Below are positions 46,920-48,438 of a DNA stretch of 48,438 bases, one piece after another (the first letter of the stretch is position 1; every line of letters begins with the position of its first letter). This stretch comes from Chloroflexota bacterium (GTDB taxonomy: Bacteria > Chloroflexota > Limnocylindria > QHBO01), in assembly GCA_013694795.1 (NCBI GenBank), contig JACDBS010000161.1:1-48438 (forward strand). Reading direction: 5' to 3'. The notes under the pieces are model-generated. The model was not told where the DNA came from and made no database searches. It was given only the letters and a program-made list of their open reading frames with translations. The position numbers and the translations under genes are program-made.

Positions 46920-47987
46920 CTACTGCGCTTCGCTGATGCCCTCGACGCCGACCTCGATGCTCGCGACCTTCCCGCGGATCTCGTCGTCGATCTTTTGGGC
47001 GATCTCGGGATTCTGCTTGAGGAAGTCGCGCGAGTTCTCGCGGCCCTGGCCCAGGCGGATGTCGCCGTAGTTGAACCATGCGCCGGTCTTCGAGAGGATG
47101 CCGGCCGCGATGCCGACGTCGAGGAGGCCACCTTCCACGCTGATGCCCTCGTTGTACATGATGTCGAACTCGGCCACCCGGAAGGGGCTGGCAACCTTGT
47201 TCTTCACCACCTTGACGCGCGTGCGGCTTCCGATAGCGTCGGTCCCGGTCTTGAGCGTCTCGATGCGGCGGATGTCCATCCGCACGCTGGCATAGAACTT
47301 CAGCGCACGACCGCCGGGCGTGGTCTCCGGGCTGCCGAACATGACGCCGATCTTCTCCCGCAACTGGTTGGTGAAAATGAGTGCTGTCTGGCTGCGGTTG
47401 ATGGCTCCGGTCAGCTTGCGCAGCGCCTGGCTCATGAGCCGAGCCTGGAGGCCGACGAAGGCGTCGCCCATGTCGCCCTCGATCTCGGCTCGCGGCACGA
47501 GCGCGGCAACCGAGTCCACGATGACGACATCGACGCCACCGGATCGGATGAGGGTCTCGGCGATCTCAAGCGCCTGTTCGCCGGTGTCCGGCTGGCTGAC
47601 CAGGAGCTCGTCGACGTCCACGCCGACGTTCTTCGCATAGCCGGGGTCGAGCGCATGCTCGGCGTCGATGAAGGCCACCACTCCGCCGTTACGCTGCGCG
47701 TTGGCGGCCACGTGGTAGCAGAGCGTCGTCTTTCCGCTCGACTCCGGGCCGTAGATCTCGGTGATCCGGCCGCGCGGGACACCGCCGACACCGAGGGCAA
47801 GGTCGAGCGCGACCGACCCCGTGGAGACCGCCGGGACGTTCTGTGCCACCCGGTCGCCGAGGCGCATGATCGCGCCGCGTCCGAACTGCTTTTCGATCTG
47901 GAGGATGGCAGCGTCGACCGCGCGGCTTCGCTCGCCATTTCCGTTCTTCGTCGCCGGGCTCTCGCTCACGGCCACCGGTGCATCCAT
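46920..47987 (-). CDS. recA: Recombinase RecA
   Basis: [58 protein letters not shown]. Start placed at ATG 47987. GTG 48041, which forms a GTGA overlap with the upstream small ORF, is a real alternative. Confidence 0.96.
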   Translation of the reverse strand: MDAPVAVSESPATKNGNGERSRAVDAAILQIEKQFGRGAIMRLGDRVAQNVPAVSTGSVALDLALGVGGVPRGRITEIYGPESSGKTTLCYHVAANAQRNGGVVAFIDAEHALDPGYAKNVGVDVDELLVSQPDTGEQALEIAETLIRSGGVDVVIVDSVAALVPRAEIEGDMGDAFVGLQARLMSQALRKLTGAINRSQTALIFTNQLREKIGVMFGSPETTPGGRALKFYASVRMDIRRIETLKTGTDAIGSRTRVKVVKNKVASPFRVAEFDIMYNEGISVEGGLLDVGIAAGILSKTGAWFNYGDIRLGQGRENSRDFLKQNPEIAQKIDDEIRGKVASIEVGVEGISEAQ

Positions 47988-48037
47988 CGTTTTCGTTACG
48001 CTCCTCGTGCGATGCGGTGTGCCCCGGTGGCGTTCGC

Positions 48038-48226
48038 TCACTCCTCGTCCTGGGGCTCAGGTTCTGGTGTTCGTTCCTTGCGCCTCGGCTTGATCAACTC
48101 GACCGGGCGCGTTGGAGGTTGGTAGCTCGGCGCGGTCGAACTGGCCGATCCGGGCTGGATCTTGGGCGCCTTCTCCTTGGCTTTGCGCTTGGGCTCCTTG
48201 CGTGGTCGATCTCGACCCTTTGCCAT
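48038..48226 (-). CDS. Small, highly basic, Pro/Lys-rich hypothetical protein upstream of recA
   Basis: 62-aa [25 protein letters not shown]...[14 protein letters not shown] lies 8 nt upstream of the ATG. No family recognised. Confidence 0.45.
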   Translation of the reverse strand: MAKGRDRPRKEPKRKAKEKAPKIQPGSASSTAPSYQPPTRPVELIKPRRKERTPEPEPQDEE

Positions 48227-48372
48227 CGCTCGAACCTCCGAATGTGTGAGCCGGTCGAGCTTGCGACGATCATGCGCCGCCGGCCCTTACCCGACGCTTA
48301 CCGGGCGCTTACTGGCGCCCCGATACGGTCGATTCTACGCTTCGCGTCGTGACAGCTTCCCCGTCGCGATTC

Positions 48373-48400
48373 ATTCTACACTGGCGTCATACACTGTCAT
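48373..48400 (-). promoter_or_regulatory. Candidate promoter for the small ORF-recA-recX unit (ATGACA-N16-TAGAAT)
   Basis: The minus-strand -35 is the complement of 48395-48400 (tgtcat) and the -10 is the complement of 48373-48378 (attcta). About 146 nt upstream of the small-ORF ATG. Confidence 0.35.
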
Positions 48401-48438
48401 ACGGCTGTTCCGGGCAGCCGCGCCGATACGTCGCCGTT

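Noticed and set aside
46341-48125. 594-aa plus-strand ORF
   Set aside because: It is antisense to recX and recA, which are certain. Its sequence is Arg/Ala/Asp-rich with no motif.
48227-48438. LexA/SOS operator upstream of the recA unit
   Set aside because: CGAACCTCCGAATG (about 48231-48244) has only one good half-site. No GAAC-N4-GTTC or CTGT-N8-ACAG palindrome was found by eye. The window ends at 48438, so the absence is not conclusive.

Overview
GC-rich bacterial chromosomal core segment (roughly two-thirds G+C by eye, not computed). It holds about 50 tightly packed protein genes, almost all for translation, RNA processing and decay, envelope-precursor synthesis and DNA maintenance.

Plus strand, 1-37248: smc (3' part)-ftsY-ffh-DUF3352-like-rpsP-KH-rimM-trmD-rplS-rnhB-yraN; then one minus-strand LysM/SLT gene; then rpsB-tsf-pyrH-frr-uppS-cdsA-dxr-rseP, nusA-ylxR-infB-rbfA-nrnA-truB-ribF-rpsO-pnp-udg-rnj-ftsK-rodZ-like-yajQ-pncC-murC-membrane ORF-pirin-small membrane ORF.

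Minus strand, 37245-48226, in transcription order: small basic ORF-recA-recX-small ORF-F420/LLM oxidoreductase-rny-ymdB-miaA, and hflX-SpoU fusion. A plus-strand GGDEF-EAL gene lies between these two blocks.

I recognised no rRNA, tRNA, CRISPR array, transposase, integrase or phage gene. Many long ORFs in the six-frame track are antisense shadows, as expected at this GC content. Many neighbouring genes are coupled by 1-4 nt start/stop overlaps (GTGA, ATGA, TGATG). RNase Y + RNase J + YmdB + YlxR + an F420-type LLM suggest a high-GC Actinomycetota/Chloroflexota-like lineage, but the window cannot assign it.

Most notable observations:
- The pnp gene carries a complete DEDDh (DnaQ/RNase T-like) 3'-5' exonuclease domain in frame, where the all-alpha linker of PNPase normally sits.
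- The syntenic RNase HII has lost the DE..GRG catalytic/junction-recognition motif.
- hflX is translationally coupled to a DUF6624-like::SpoU methyltransferase fusion.
- A degenerate hairpin-repeat array lies between yajQ and pncC.
- A strong terminator-like hairpin sits in a rimP-less nusA leader.
- Pirin has a leaderless-type promoter.
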